Below, one piece after another: positions 37,175 through 45,126 of a stretch of DNA of 45,126 bases. The position numbers and the translations under genes are program-made. Numbering within the stretch: the first letter of the stretch is position 1; each line of letters opens with the position of its first letter. The notes under the pieces were generated by a model, which worked only from the letters and a program-made list of their open reading frames with translations, was not told the origin of the DNA and did no database searches. Origin of the DNA: Bacteroidia bacterium (lineage in GTDB: Bacteria > Bacteroidota > Bacteroidia > Palsa-965); NCBI GenBank assembly GCA_035496135.1, contig DATJEX010000155.1, positions 1-45,126 on the forward strand, read 5' to 3'.

Positions 37175-37285
37175 GGGAACGAATTGCGAATCTACCCGAA
37201 TATTCTAATGGGATCCGCAAACTGCACAACGGCGATTGATCTTGAACAAGATTCGCATATTAGGATAGATTCGAAATTCGTTCCC
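37175..37285. repeat. Palindromic intergenic element, GGGAACGAATT family, full copy B (~111 bp)
   Basis: Left arm GGGAACGAATTGCGAATCTACCCGAATATTCTAATG, nearly identical to copy A. The right arm reverse complement is GGGAACGAATTTCGAATCTATCCTAATATGC. Confidence 0.85.
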
Positions 37286-37323
37286 TTGTAAATAAAATTT
37301 CATCAAATAAAAAATATCTACCC

Positions 37324-38073
37324 ATGGACAAACGCCGCGATTTTCTCAAAAAAAGTTTTCTCGCCACACTCGGAATTTCCTTCTTCGGAAAAAAATTACT
37401 GAACGCGGAAAACCACAACGCACTGAATATTTCCTTGCTGCAGATCAACGCGCCTTACACGCTTCCTGATCTGCCTTACGCGTACGATGCGATCGAACCG
37501 CACATCGATATGCAAACGATGCAGATCCATCACGACAAGCATCACCAGGCTTATGTCACGAACCTGAACAAAGCACTGGCGGATGTGAAAGATGCTCCGG
37601 CCGATCTTGAATCGCTGCTGAAAACCGTTTCGAAAATGCCGGTGGCGGTGCGCAACAACGGTGGCGGACACTGGAACCATACCTTTTTCTGGAACAGTAT
37701 GCGCGCAACCGCTTCTGCAGGATCTTCTTCCGTTCCCAATGGGAAATTGGCCGAAGCGATCAATTCGACTTTCACATCGTTCGACAAATTCAAAGAGCAA
37801 TTCGCCAATGCAGGAAAAGACCGTTTCGGTTCGGGATGGGCGTGGCTCATTGTGGACAAGGACAAAAAACTGCAGATCATTTCCACTCCCAACCAGGATA
37901 ATCCGTTGATGGATATCGCCGATACGAAAGGTGTTCCTGTGCTTGGACTTGACGTGTGGGAACATGCGTACTACCTGAAGTACCAGAACAAACGTGCCGA
38001 TTATGTAACGGCGTGGTGGAATGTGGTGAATTGGGAAAAAGCCGCTGAACTCTATGAAAACGCTGTGAAATAA
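37324..38073 (+). CDS. Fe/Mn superoxide dismutase with a twin-arginine (Tat) signal peptide
   Basis: [22 protein letters not shown] Tat motif. SOD motifs [10 protein letters not shown] and DVWEHAYYL. Confidence 0.9.
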   Translation: MDKRRDFLKKSFLATLGISFFGKKLLNAENHNALNISLLQINAPYTLPDLPYAYDAIEPHIDMQTMQIHHDKHHQAYVTNLNKALADVKDAPADLESLLKTVSKMPVAVRNNGGGHWNHTFFWNSMRATASAGSSSVPNGKLAEAINSTFTSFDKFKEQFANAGKDRFGSGWAWLIVDKDKKLQIISTPNQDNPLMDIADTKGVPVLGLDVWEHAYYLKYQNKRADYVTAWWNVVNWEKAAELYENAVK

Positions 38074-38108
38074 TTTACATTCGCTGCTTCACTAAACCTC
38101 ACATCAAA

Positions 38109-38591
38109 ATGAGTTCAAACCCATTTCGTGCATTCGAATTATTAGGACCATTATTCCTCGGCATTTTCTTATGTGTTCTCCTTGTCGGTATCGTGCTGCA
38201 GATCTTTTATCTGCTCACTTTACAACGAACCATGGAACTCGTTCATCCGCAACTCCGCAAAATGTCGCCGGGACAAGTGTGGATGGTCTTCATTCCGATC
38301 TTCGGACTCATCTGGAATTTCATGATGGTCGGCTACATCGCCGATTCGCTGCGTGATGAATTCCGTGCGCGGAATGTGCGCGTGGATGAAGAGCGCCCGG
38401 GTTATAGCGTGGGATTGTGGATGTGCATTCTTCCGCTCACGGGTTTTCTTCCCTTCATTGGATTTTTCGGAAGCATCGCCGGACTGGTTTGCTGGATCGT
38501 TTTCTGGACCAAAATGTCGGGATACAAGCGACTGCTCGAACAAACGAAAATGAATCCGCCGAACCCATTCATGCAGCAGCCTACCTTCTGA
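38109..38591 (+). CDS. DUF4328-like membrane protein, paralog of 24347..24961
   Basis: See 24347..24961. Four predicted hydrophobic segments. Confidence 0.55.
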   Translation: MSSNPFRAFELLGPLFLGIFLCVLLVGIVLQIFYLLTLQRTMELVHPQLRKMSPGQVWMVFIPIFGLIWNFMMVGYIADSLRDEFRARNVRVDEERPGYSVGLWMCILPLTGFLPFIGFFGSIAGLVCWIVFWTKMSGYKRLLEQTKMNPPNPFMQQPTF

Positions 38592-38682
38592 GAAGTTGGC
38601 CGTTCGTTGATAGGTGGTTGGTGGTTAATGAATTACAAGAAACAGCTGCCTGCAATCAGCGACCAACGACCAACTATTTTCG

Positions 38683-38690
38683 TATCTTTG
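38683..38690 (+). promoter_or_regulatory. -7 box TATCTTTG (TAnnTTTG) upstream of tatA
   Basis: Exact consensus match 19 nt upstream of the ATG at 38709. Confidence 0.5.
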
Positions 38691-38708
38691 CGGTAGAAAC
38701 AACAAACA

Positions 38709-38897
38709 ATGAATCCTTTTATCATACTCGGCCCATTCGGCCTCGGCGGACCAGAGCTCATCATCATCCTGGTAGTGGTGTTATTGCTTTTCGGCGGACG
38801 CAAAATTCCTGAATTCATGAAAGGCCTTGGAAAAGGCATCAAGGAATTCAAAGATGCTTCCAAAGGTGTGGATGAAACCACTCCGAAAAAAGACTAA
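38709..38897 (+). CDS. tatA: Twin-arginine translocase subunit TatA/E
   Basis: 62 aa. [36 protein letters not shown] gives the TM plus amphipathic helix pattern. Confidence 0.9.
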   Translation: MNPFIILGPFGLGGPELIIILVVVLLLFGGRKIPEFMKGLGKGIKEFKDASKGVDETTPKKD

Positions 38898-38975
38898 CTG
38901 AATTTTCACTGATAGAATGATGAATGATGATCACCACGTCGTTCATCATTTTTCATTTCCACATTTTTCACGCGC

Positions 38976-40394
38976 TTGAATTACCGGTCTCTTTCTGAAA
39001 TTCAAACTGATCTGCACAGCGGGAAAATTTCCTGCGCCGCATTGGTTGAAGATTATCTCCGGAAGATCGATGAGAAAAAAGAACTCAACGCTTTTCTCGA
39101 AGTGTTTCCGGAAAGTGCACGTGCAAAAGCGAAAGAGGTGGATGAAAAAATAAAAAGCGGTATAGCAGGCAAACTCGCCGGGATGGTCATCGCTTTCAAG
39201 GACAACATCTGCTACAAGGACCATAAAGTTTCCGCTTCATCAAAAATTCTTGAAGGATTCATCTCCCCTTATTCTTCCACGGTTGCCGAACGTTTGCTTG
39301 CTGAAGACGCGATCATCATCGGGCGAACAAACTGCGATGAATTCGCGATGGGTTCTTCCAATGAGAATTCTGCCTTCGGAAATGTGAAGAATCCGCACGA
39401 TCTGAAGCGTGTGCCCGGCGGATCATCGGGCGGAAGTGCCGCTGCTGTTGCTGCCGGATTATGTCTCGCCGCATTGGGAACAGACACCGGCGGATCTATC
39501 CGTCAACCTGCATCTTTCTGCGGGATCGTTGGAATGAAACCAACATACGGACGAGTTTCCCGCTGGGGAATCATTGCGTATGCTTCTTCATTCGACCAGG
39601 TTGGCCCGTTGACGAACAACGTGGACGACGCGGCGAAAATTCTTGAAGTGATGGCGGGAATGGATGAATATGATTCGACGCTTTCTTCCGTTCCTGTTGC
39701 AGAATATTCGAAACAACTTTCCAAACCGGAAAAGAAACGCGTTGCGTATCTCGCCGACTGTATCGAGAAAGACGGCCTCGATCCGGAAATAAGATCGCAC
39801 ATGCTTTCGCTCATCGAGAAACTGAAAGCAGACGGACACACCGTTGAACCTGTTCGTTTTCCTTATCTCGATTTTCTCGTTCCGGCTTATTATGTTCTCA
39901 CTACCGCTGAAGCTTCTTCCAATCTCGCGCGATACGACGGCATCCGTTACGGATACAGAAGTAAAAATGCGACCGACCTCGAATCAACGTACAAGAAATC
40001 GAGAAGCGAAGGATTCGGAGCAGAAGTGAAACGCCGCATCATGCTCGGCACTTTTGTGCTGAGTGCGGGTTATTACGACGCTTATTATTCCAAAGGGCAA
40101 AAAGTAAGAAGATTGCTGCGCGATAAAACGCAGGAGATCTTCGATCAGTACGATCTCATTCTTCTTCCCACCACTCCGGGAACTGCATTTGAATTCGGTG
40201 CGAATTCAGCCGATCCGATCAAGATGTATCTCGAAGATATTTTCACCGTGCAGGCGAATCTCACCGGATTTCCCGCGATCTCTGTTCCGTCGGGCAATGC
40301 GAAGAACGGACTTCCGTTCGGTGTACAGCTGATGGGTAAGCGATTCGCCGAAGGAGAACTTCTCGCTTTTGCGAAGTATGTGCAGGCTGTTTAG
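38976..40394 (+). CDS. gatA: Glu-tRNA(Gln)/Asp-tRNA(Asn) amidotransferase subunit A
   Basis: Amidase signature GGSSGGSAAAVAAG...GTDTGGSIRQPA. TTG start. Confidence 0.9.
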   Translation: MNYRSLSEIQTDLHSGKISCAALVEDYLRKIDEKKELNAFLEVFPESARAKAKEVDEKIKSGIAGKLAGMVIAFKDNICYKDHKVSASSKILEGFISPYSSTVAERLLAEDAIIIGRTNCDEFAMGSSNENSAFGNVKNPHDLKRVPGGSSGGSAAAVAAGLCLAALGTDTGGSIRQPASFCGIVGMKPTYGRVSRWGIIAYASSFDQVGPLTNNVDDAAKILEVMAGMDEYDSTLSSVPVAEYSKQLSKPEKKRVAYLADCIEKDGLDPEIRSHMLSLIEKLKADGHTVEPVRFPYLDFLVPAYYVLTTAEASSNLARYDGIRYGYRSKNATDLESTYKKSRSEGFGAEVKRRIMLGTFVLSAGYYDAYYSKGQKVRRLLRDKTQEIFDQYDLILLPTTPGTAFEFGANSADPIKMYLEDIFTVQANLTGFPAISVPSGNAKNGLPFGVQLMGKRFAEGELLAFAKYVQAV

Positions 40395-40549
40395 CATGAT
40401 CTGCAAATACCGCGAATAGGTGCTGTTTTTAACAATTTACCCTTCATAACCTGCGTTCTCGCTATTGGTAAATCCCAATGAGGATGCGATCTTTGTAAGA
40501 ATCGCGTACTTTTTACCCTATTCCACGTATAATTCTCAGGAAGAAGCTG

Positions 40550-42064
40550 ATGATGAGAAGATCTGCAGTCGTATTTATTCTGATTTTACTTGCGGCCAGC
40601 GTGCACGCACAAATGGACACGGTGAAATTTGCCGATGATCCCGTTGTTGCCATGCTCGACAGTCTCGCGCATAATCAATACATCGCTTCTCTTCCGGAAC
40701 AACCGACACAGCACAACAACAAATATCATTACGCTGCCGACAGTATTCCTGCAGCAAATCCTACCGAGATCGAAACGCGTCTCGCTAAACTGAATGCCGC
40801 CTCTCCATTTGATCTTGTTTACAATGATGATGTGCAAGCGTACATCAACATGTACGTGGTGAAACGCAGAAGCCTCGTTGGAAAAATGCTCGCGCTTTCG
40901 CAGTTGTATTACCCGATCTTCGAAGAGAAACTCGACAAGTACGGCCTTCCGCTCGAACTCAAACATCTTGCTGTGATCGAATCCGCACTCAATCCTACAG
41001 CGACTTCTCACGCAGGCGCGCGCGGACTCTGGCAATTCATGTACACGACCGGAAAGATGTACAACCTCGAAGTGAATTCATACGTGGACGAGCGCTGTGA
41101 TCCGATCGTTTCCACCGATGCCGCCTGTCGTTGCCTGAAAGATCTGTATACGATGTTCGGCGATTGGCAGATCGTACTCGCGGCCTACAACGCAGGCCCT
41201 GGAAATGTGAACAAAGCGATCCGTCGCGCAGGCGGTGGAAAGAAAACCTATTGGGAGATCCGTCCGTTCCTTCCGAAAGAAACACAGGCTTATGTTCCCG
41301 CTTTCATCGCGGCGAATTACGTGATGAATTATTACGAAGAGCACAATTTATATTCCGACGTTCCGAAAAAAGTCTTCTTCGACATTGACACTGTTTCCGT
41401 AAAACAGGAAGTGACTTTCACGCAGATCGAGTCGGTGCTTTCCATTTCGCTCGATGAACTCGAATTCCTGAATCCCGAATACAAGATCGATGTGATCCCG
41501 CTTTCAACAACAGGAACTCCTTACAAGATCACACTTCCACTCGACAAAGTCGGACAATTCGTGACGAACGAACAGCAGATCTACTCGTACATCAAAACAG
41601 ATACAGCGATGGCTGCTTTGGCGATCGTACAGGTGAAAACAACGCATACCGTGAAGAAAGGCGAGACGATCACCTCCATCGCGCGCGTCTACAAATGTTC
41701 AGCAACGGATATCCGCGCGTGGAACGGTTTGAAAAGTAATTACATCAAAGTCGGACAGAAACTGACGATCTACACTCCACAGAAAGCGCCGGCAACAAGT
41801 ACAACAACCACAACTGCGACCACAACTGTTGATGCACCCGCTACGACGACCTCTTCGAGTGCCGCCACTTCAACAACTTCGACCAGCACGACCACCACTT
41901 CAACCGCTGTAAAATATAAATACTACACGGTGAAGAATGGCGACAACCTCTACACCATCTCCAAAGCGACGAATGTTTCTGTGGCCGAACTGAAGAAGCT
42001 GAATAATTTCAGTGATCACTTCATCATGCACGCGGGAGATAAGATTAAAATTGGAAAATACTGA
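40550..42064 (+). CDS. Lytic transglycosylase (MltD-like) with two LysM domains and a Thr/Ser-rich linker
   Basis: SLT catalytic region LAVIESALNP...GARGLWQFM. LysM units HTVKKGETITSIARVY and YTVKNGDNLYTISKAT. Confidence 0.85.
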   Translation: MMRRSAVVFILILLAASVHAQMDTVKFADDPVVAMLDSLAHNQYIASLPEQPTQHNNKYHYAADSIPAANPTEIETRLAKLNAASPFDLVYNDDVQAYINMYVVKRRSLVGKMLALSQLYYPIFEEKLDKYGLPLELKHLAVIESALNPTATSHAGARGLWQFMYTTGKMYNLEVNSYVDERCDPIVSTDAACRCLKDLYTMFGDWQIVLAAYNAGPGNVNKAIRRAGGGKKTYWEIRPFLPKETQAYVPAFIAANYVMNYYEEHNLYSDVPKKVFFDIDTVSVKQEVTFTQIESVLSISLDELEFLNPEYKIDVIPLSTTGTPYKITLPLDKVGQFVTNEQQIYSYIKTDTAMAALAIVQVKTTHTVKKGETITSIARVYKCSATDIRAWNGLKSNYIKVGQKLTIYTPQKAPATSTTTTTATTTVDAPATTTSSSAATSTTSTSTTTTSTAVKYKYYTVKNGDNLYTISKATNVSVAELKKLNNFSDHFIMHAGDKIKIGKY

Positions 42065-42076
42065 GATCCTTATAGG

Positions 42077-42165
42077 GTACTAACTACGAACCAATCCCGA
42101 AAATACGAACCTGTAAGTTCGAATTTTCGGGATTTGTATTTTCGGATTTTGTTCGTAGTTAGTAC
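42077..42165. repeat. Nested palindrome: outer 15-bp perfect IR GTACTAACTACGAAC / GTTCGTAGTTAGTAC around the inner hairpin CCCGAAAATACGAAC...GTTCGAATTTTCGGG
   Basis: Read directly. Lies between the convergent transglycosylase and TPR genes. Confidence 0.85.
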
Positions 42166-42170
42166 GCCAT

Positions 42171-42203
42171 AAAAAAACGACTGTGAATTTCTCCACAGCC
42201 GTC
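42171..42203 (-). terminator. Rho-independent-like terminator of the TPR gene
   Basis: The minus strand reads GGCTGTGGAGAAATTCACAGTCGTTTTTTT, a short stem followed by a T7 tract, ~20 nt after the stop. Confidence 0.5.
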
Positions 42204-42224
42204 TCCGGGGCATTCTGGGGTTGA

Positions 42225-42908
42225 TCATGCCTTACGGAATTTCTTGTAAGATTTCTTCGCGTCTTTGTTACCAAGTTTACCTGCGGTCTTCCAGTCGGCG
42301 AGTGCGCTTGCTTTGTCACCATTGAGGTATTCAGAATTGGCACGATTGTAAATATTATTTCCCGTTGGAGTCGCGTTGACAGAGATGGTGAACGCGTCTA
42401 CGGCTTCTGAATATTTCTCCGCGTTGTAGAGTTTGATGCCGAGTCGGTTCGCATCGCCCATTGCGAGATTGGCGCCTGATGCATTATCATTCTCTCCTTT
42501 TTGCGCGGCCATTTTGTAATCGGCCAGTGCACCATCGAGATCTTCGAGATTGAATTTGCATTCACCGCGGTACTGGTAATCGTCGCAGTTGCCTCTTTTC
42601 TGAACCGCGACATCGAAATCTTTCAGCGCCACATCATATTGCCCGAGGAAAAAACTCGCGTCACCACGCTGCACATACGCATCCACGCATTCAGGATCGA
42701 GTGTGATCGCCTGGTCGCAGATACTTTTTGCCGCGTTGAGCGAATCGGCATTGTCGAAATTGAGAATGATCATCCACGAAGCTTTGCTGGCAAGATCGGC
42801 TGCTTGTGTCTTGGGTTCATCACCATTGAATGGAACATTTCCCGCGAATACAGGAACGGCGCCGGCGAAGATCATCGCGAGGACCGGAATGAAGATTGAC
42901 TTTTTCAT
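42225..42908 (-). CDS. Secreted TPR-repeat protein
   Basis: Signal peptide MKKSIFIPVLAMIFAGAVPVFA. Repeated A..D(F/Y)..A(I/L)...P/N TPR-like units. Confidence 0.7.
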   Translation of the reverse strand: MKKSIFIPVLAMIFAGAVPVFAGNVPFNGDEPKTQAADLASKASWMIILNFDNADSLNAAKSICDQAITLDPECVDAYVQRGDASFFLGQYDVALKDFDVAVQKRGNCDDYQYRGECKFNLEDLDGALADYKMAAQKGENDNASGANLAMGDANRLGIKLYNAEKYSEAVDAFTISVNATPTGNNIYNRANSEYLNGDKASALADWKTAGKLGNKDAKKSYKKFRKA

Positions 42909-43135
42909 GAGAGTGGTTTTTTAAGCCCTGAAGTATAGCGTTGACTTCATGGCGGGTTGGTTTATCATGAAGCACGATTTTCGTGCGGTTCTGATATCCT
43001 AATGCGCTGGACATGGAAAAGTCACAATGTGATTTGAAAAAATAAGTTAATGGGGGTTTTCTGCGACCTCTGCGTGATCAGCGAGAAGAATTTGCTCGCG
43101 GATCACGGAGATTGCGCAGAGATGTCTAAGTAGAA

Positions 43136-44377
43136 CTACTTATATGATTTCAACGCCGGCTTTGCGGAATTCTTCACCATCATCACTTTCGTATCACTGA
43201 ATCCTTCGCACAATTTGGTTTGATAACCGGCATTGATCCACGCAGGAAGTGAATCGAGTTCACACCACTGTGCCGGAATGACGACGTGCTGCTGAATGGA
43301 ATTATCATTCGAGCGATTGACCATTGTTGGAAAATATTGCGTTTGCTCGAGCGAAATTTTCCCTGTGGTGAAATTTTTCTTCAGGGATAAAGTGAGAATG
43401 ACTCCCGCATCAGTGTAACGCCAGTACTGGTTGGAAAGAAAATTTCCCAATGACCACGCTACAATCCCGGTATCGAGCCTGGCATTCGAAGCTGTTTTGA
43501 AATAAGTAAGTGGTTCGAGTACGTGCGGATGTGCGCCTATGACAAGATCTGCCCCCGCATCGGCTGCCCAGTGAAACATGGAACCCTGTTTTGCCACAGG
43601 CTCCTGTTTGTTCTCAATTCCCCAATGATAAAATACGAGCACAACATCGGCATTCGTCGCGCGTGCATGCAGCACATCATTATGCACGAGCGCGCTGTCG
43701 GCCACGTTGAGCATGTATTTGCGCGAAGAATCGGGATAGGCACCGTTCGTTCCGTACGTGTAATTCAGTACTGCGACCTTCACTCCTTTGATGTCGAGTA
43801 CACGAATGGAATCACGATCGCGTTGTGAAAGAAAAGTTCCGGTCGATTGTAATCCGGCCTCGCGCACTTTTTTCACCGTGCGCAATAATCCTTCTTCCCC
43901 CGTATCCATGCTGTGATTATTCGCCGTGCAGACGAAATCAATCCCGGAATTTTTTATCGCCCACAGATAAGCATCGGGCGCATTGAAAGCAGGATAACCC
44001 TGGTAAGGTCGGCCCGATCCGGCAAATGTGCATTCGAGATTTCCCATCGTCACATCGGCCGCCGAAAGATATTGCGTGATCTCTTTGAAACTCGGATTGA
44101 AATCAAAACTTCCATCCGGTTTTCGTGCATTGTCAATTTGCGGAACGTGGCACATCAAGTCTCCGATGAATGACATCGTAATGACGACAGTGGAATCTTC
44201 TCCCACAATGGAAGACGGAGCACGGAAGACGGAGGACAGACTCGTAGCGGAATTTCTTTCATCCAATTTCACCAGGAAAAAACAAAGCAGCATCAATGAA
44301 GTGATCCCGTAAAAGACAAACGGAATTCTCCAGTGAATTTTTGTGGTGATGGATATTTTTCCTGTGAGGGTTGACAT
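43136..44377 (-). CDS. CapA-family (poly-gamma-glutamate synthesis-like) metallophosphatase with an N-terminal TM anchor
   Basis: Pattern GDLMCH...GNLE...TANNHSMD...HWG.E...GAHPHV. Start set to the ATG at 44377. Confidence 0.75.
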   Translation of the reverse strand: MSTLTGKISITTKIHWRIPFVFYGITSLMLLCFFLVKLDERNSATSLSSVFRAPSSIVGEDSTVVITMSFIGDLMCHVPQIDNARKPDGSFDFNPSFKEITQYLSAADVTMGNLECTFAGSGRPYQGYPAFNAPDAYLWAIKNSGIDFVCTANNHSMDTGEEGLLRTVKKVREAGLQSTGTFLSQRDRDSIRVLDIKGVKVAVLNYTYGTNGAYPDSSRKYMLNVADSALVHNDVLHARATNADVVLVFYHWGIENKQEPVAKQGSMFHWAADAGADLVIGAHPHVLEPLTYFKTASNARLDTGIVAWSLGNFLSNQYWRYTDAGVILTLSLKKNFTTGKISLEQTQYFPTMVNRSNDNSIQQHVVIPAQWCELDSLPAWINAGYQTKLCEGFSDTKVMMVKNSAKPALKSYK

Positions 44378-44543
44378 GAGAGACAAAGGTAAACACAAGT
44401 GTATGTGAAAGCGTGTGTGAAAAGGGGTAATTATACGATGGTGATGCAAGAACTGTTCCGCATAAAAAGAAAACGCCATCATTTCTGACAGCGTAATTCT
44501 TAACTTATTATTTCCCCTTCACATTCACTCTCACATTCACTTT

Positions 44544-45126
44544 TTAGTGCATCGTGAACGTACGGGTATGATTATTCACTGTAACCGTTGCAAGATCGTC
44601 ACAAGCTCCGTTTCCGAAATCGATATGGCGGACCGGGCGCGTTCCTTTAGTGAAATCGATCGTTCCCTGGATGATCGGGTATTTTCCACCGATGTTGCAG
44701 CCACCGAAATCGCGGATCAATTGGCTCGTTACATTCCCGGTGAATGCTTCTCCGTCCGCACAGGTTCCGTTCGCACTTCCGGTGATGCCGATGCGTGCCA
44801 GGTTCCAGCTGATCGGTTGCGCCGTTCCATGATACACATTCGCATCAGAGGTATTGAGCAGTTCTTTCGTGCGATCGCAATTCCAGTCAATGGTTCCGCC
44901 TGAAGATTTGGTCACCGCAACATGCGCAACAATGTGCCAGGTGAGATCGGTAGTGAGCGGATTGAATCCGACAGCGGTGGTATTCGTGATGACTTTGCTG
45001 ATGATGTTCACCGCATTTCCGTCAACAACATAATTATTCGAGGTAACAGAAGCGCAGAAACCCGGATCGCGGTAATAACGTGCACCATTGGTAGAAGCGG
45101 AATAATCAATTGAAATGGAACCACTG
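44544..45126 (-). CDS. Hypothetical protein, C-terminal part. The frame stays open to the window edge.
   Basis: The minus-strand frame has no stop from 45126 down to the stop at 44544. The GTG at 45011 is probably internal. Confidence 0.5.
   Translation of the reverse strand, partial: SGSISIDYSASTNGARYYRDPGFCASVTSNNYVVDGNAVNIISKVITNTTAVGFNPLTTDLTWHIVAHVAVTKSSGGTIDWNCDRTKELLNTSDANVYHGTAQPISWNLARIGITGSANGTCADGEAFTGNVTSQLIRDFGGCNIGGKYPIIQGTIDFTKGTRPVRHIDFGNGACDDLATVTVNNHTRTFTMH

Noticed and set aside
41800-41925. Thr/Ser-rich low-complexity coding stretch (TSTTTTTATTTVDAPATTTSSSAATSTTSTSTTTTST) as a separate feature or frameshift site
   Set aside because: It is in frame and sits between the two LysM domains of the transglycosylase. 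This fits an ordinary flexible, possibly glycosylated linker.
42080-42343. 87-aa minus-strand ORF overlapping the TPR gene 3' end and the nested palindrome
   Set aside because: It spans the terminator and palindrome region and overlaps the TPR gene 3' end out of frame. No coding signal supports it.

Overview
This looks like a chromosomal segment of a Bacteroidota genome. Four proteins carry T9SS C-terminal sorting domains, two carry SprB-type repeats, several upstream regions have TAnnTTTG -7 boxes, and Shine-Dalgarno sequences are largely absent. GC is about 50% by eye. Recognisable housekeeping genes: sixA-ppk-ppx, plsC, a PfkB kinase, rnhA, an M1 aminopeptidase, a biotin carrier protein, a Tat-signal Fe/Mn SOD, tatA, gatA, an MltD-like transglycosylase, an SPFH protein, a rimB-like/rimK/AstE-like module, a FAD oxidoreductase and tRNA-Asn. 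Between them sit many secreted, lipoprotein and membrane proteins of unknown function. The best candidate for a new system is a single low-GC gene (11762..13021, minus strand) wedged in reverse orientation between ppx and plsC. It combines DUF4238-like motifs, a family with a reported single-gene anti-phage member, with an unrecognisable ~140-aa N-terminal region. Other items worth a second look: a tRNA-Asn-adjacent three-gene cluster with a 7-bp tandem repeat just upstream of one start codon; a HEAT-repeat gene bracketed by ~155-185 bp direct repeats; tandem CxC...CxC secreted paralogs; and several families of palindromic repeats that fill most intergenic spacers. No CRISPR array, rRNA, transposase or integrase was seen. 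All family assignments come from motif recognition by eye, not from database searches.
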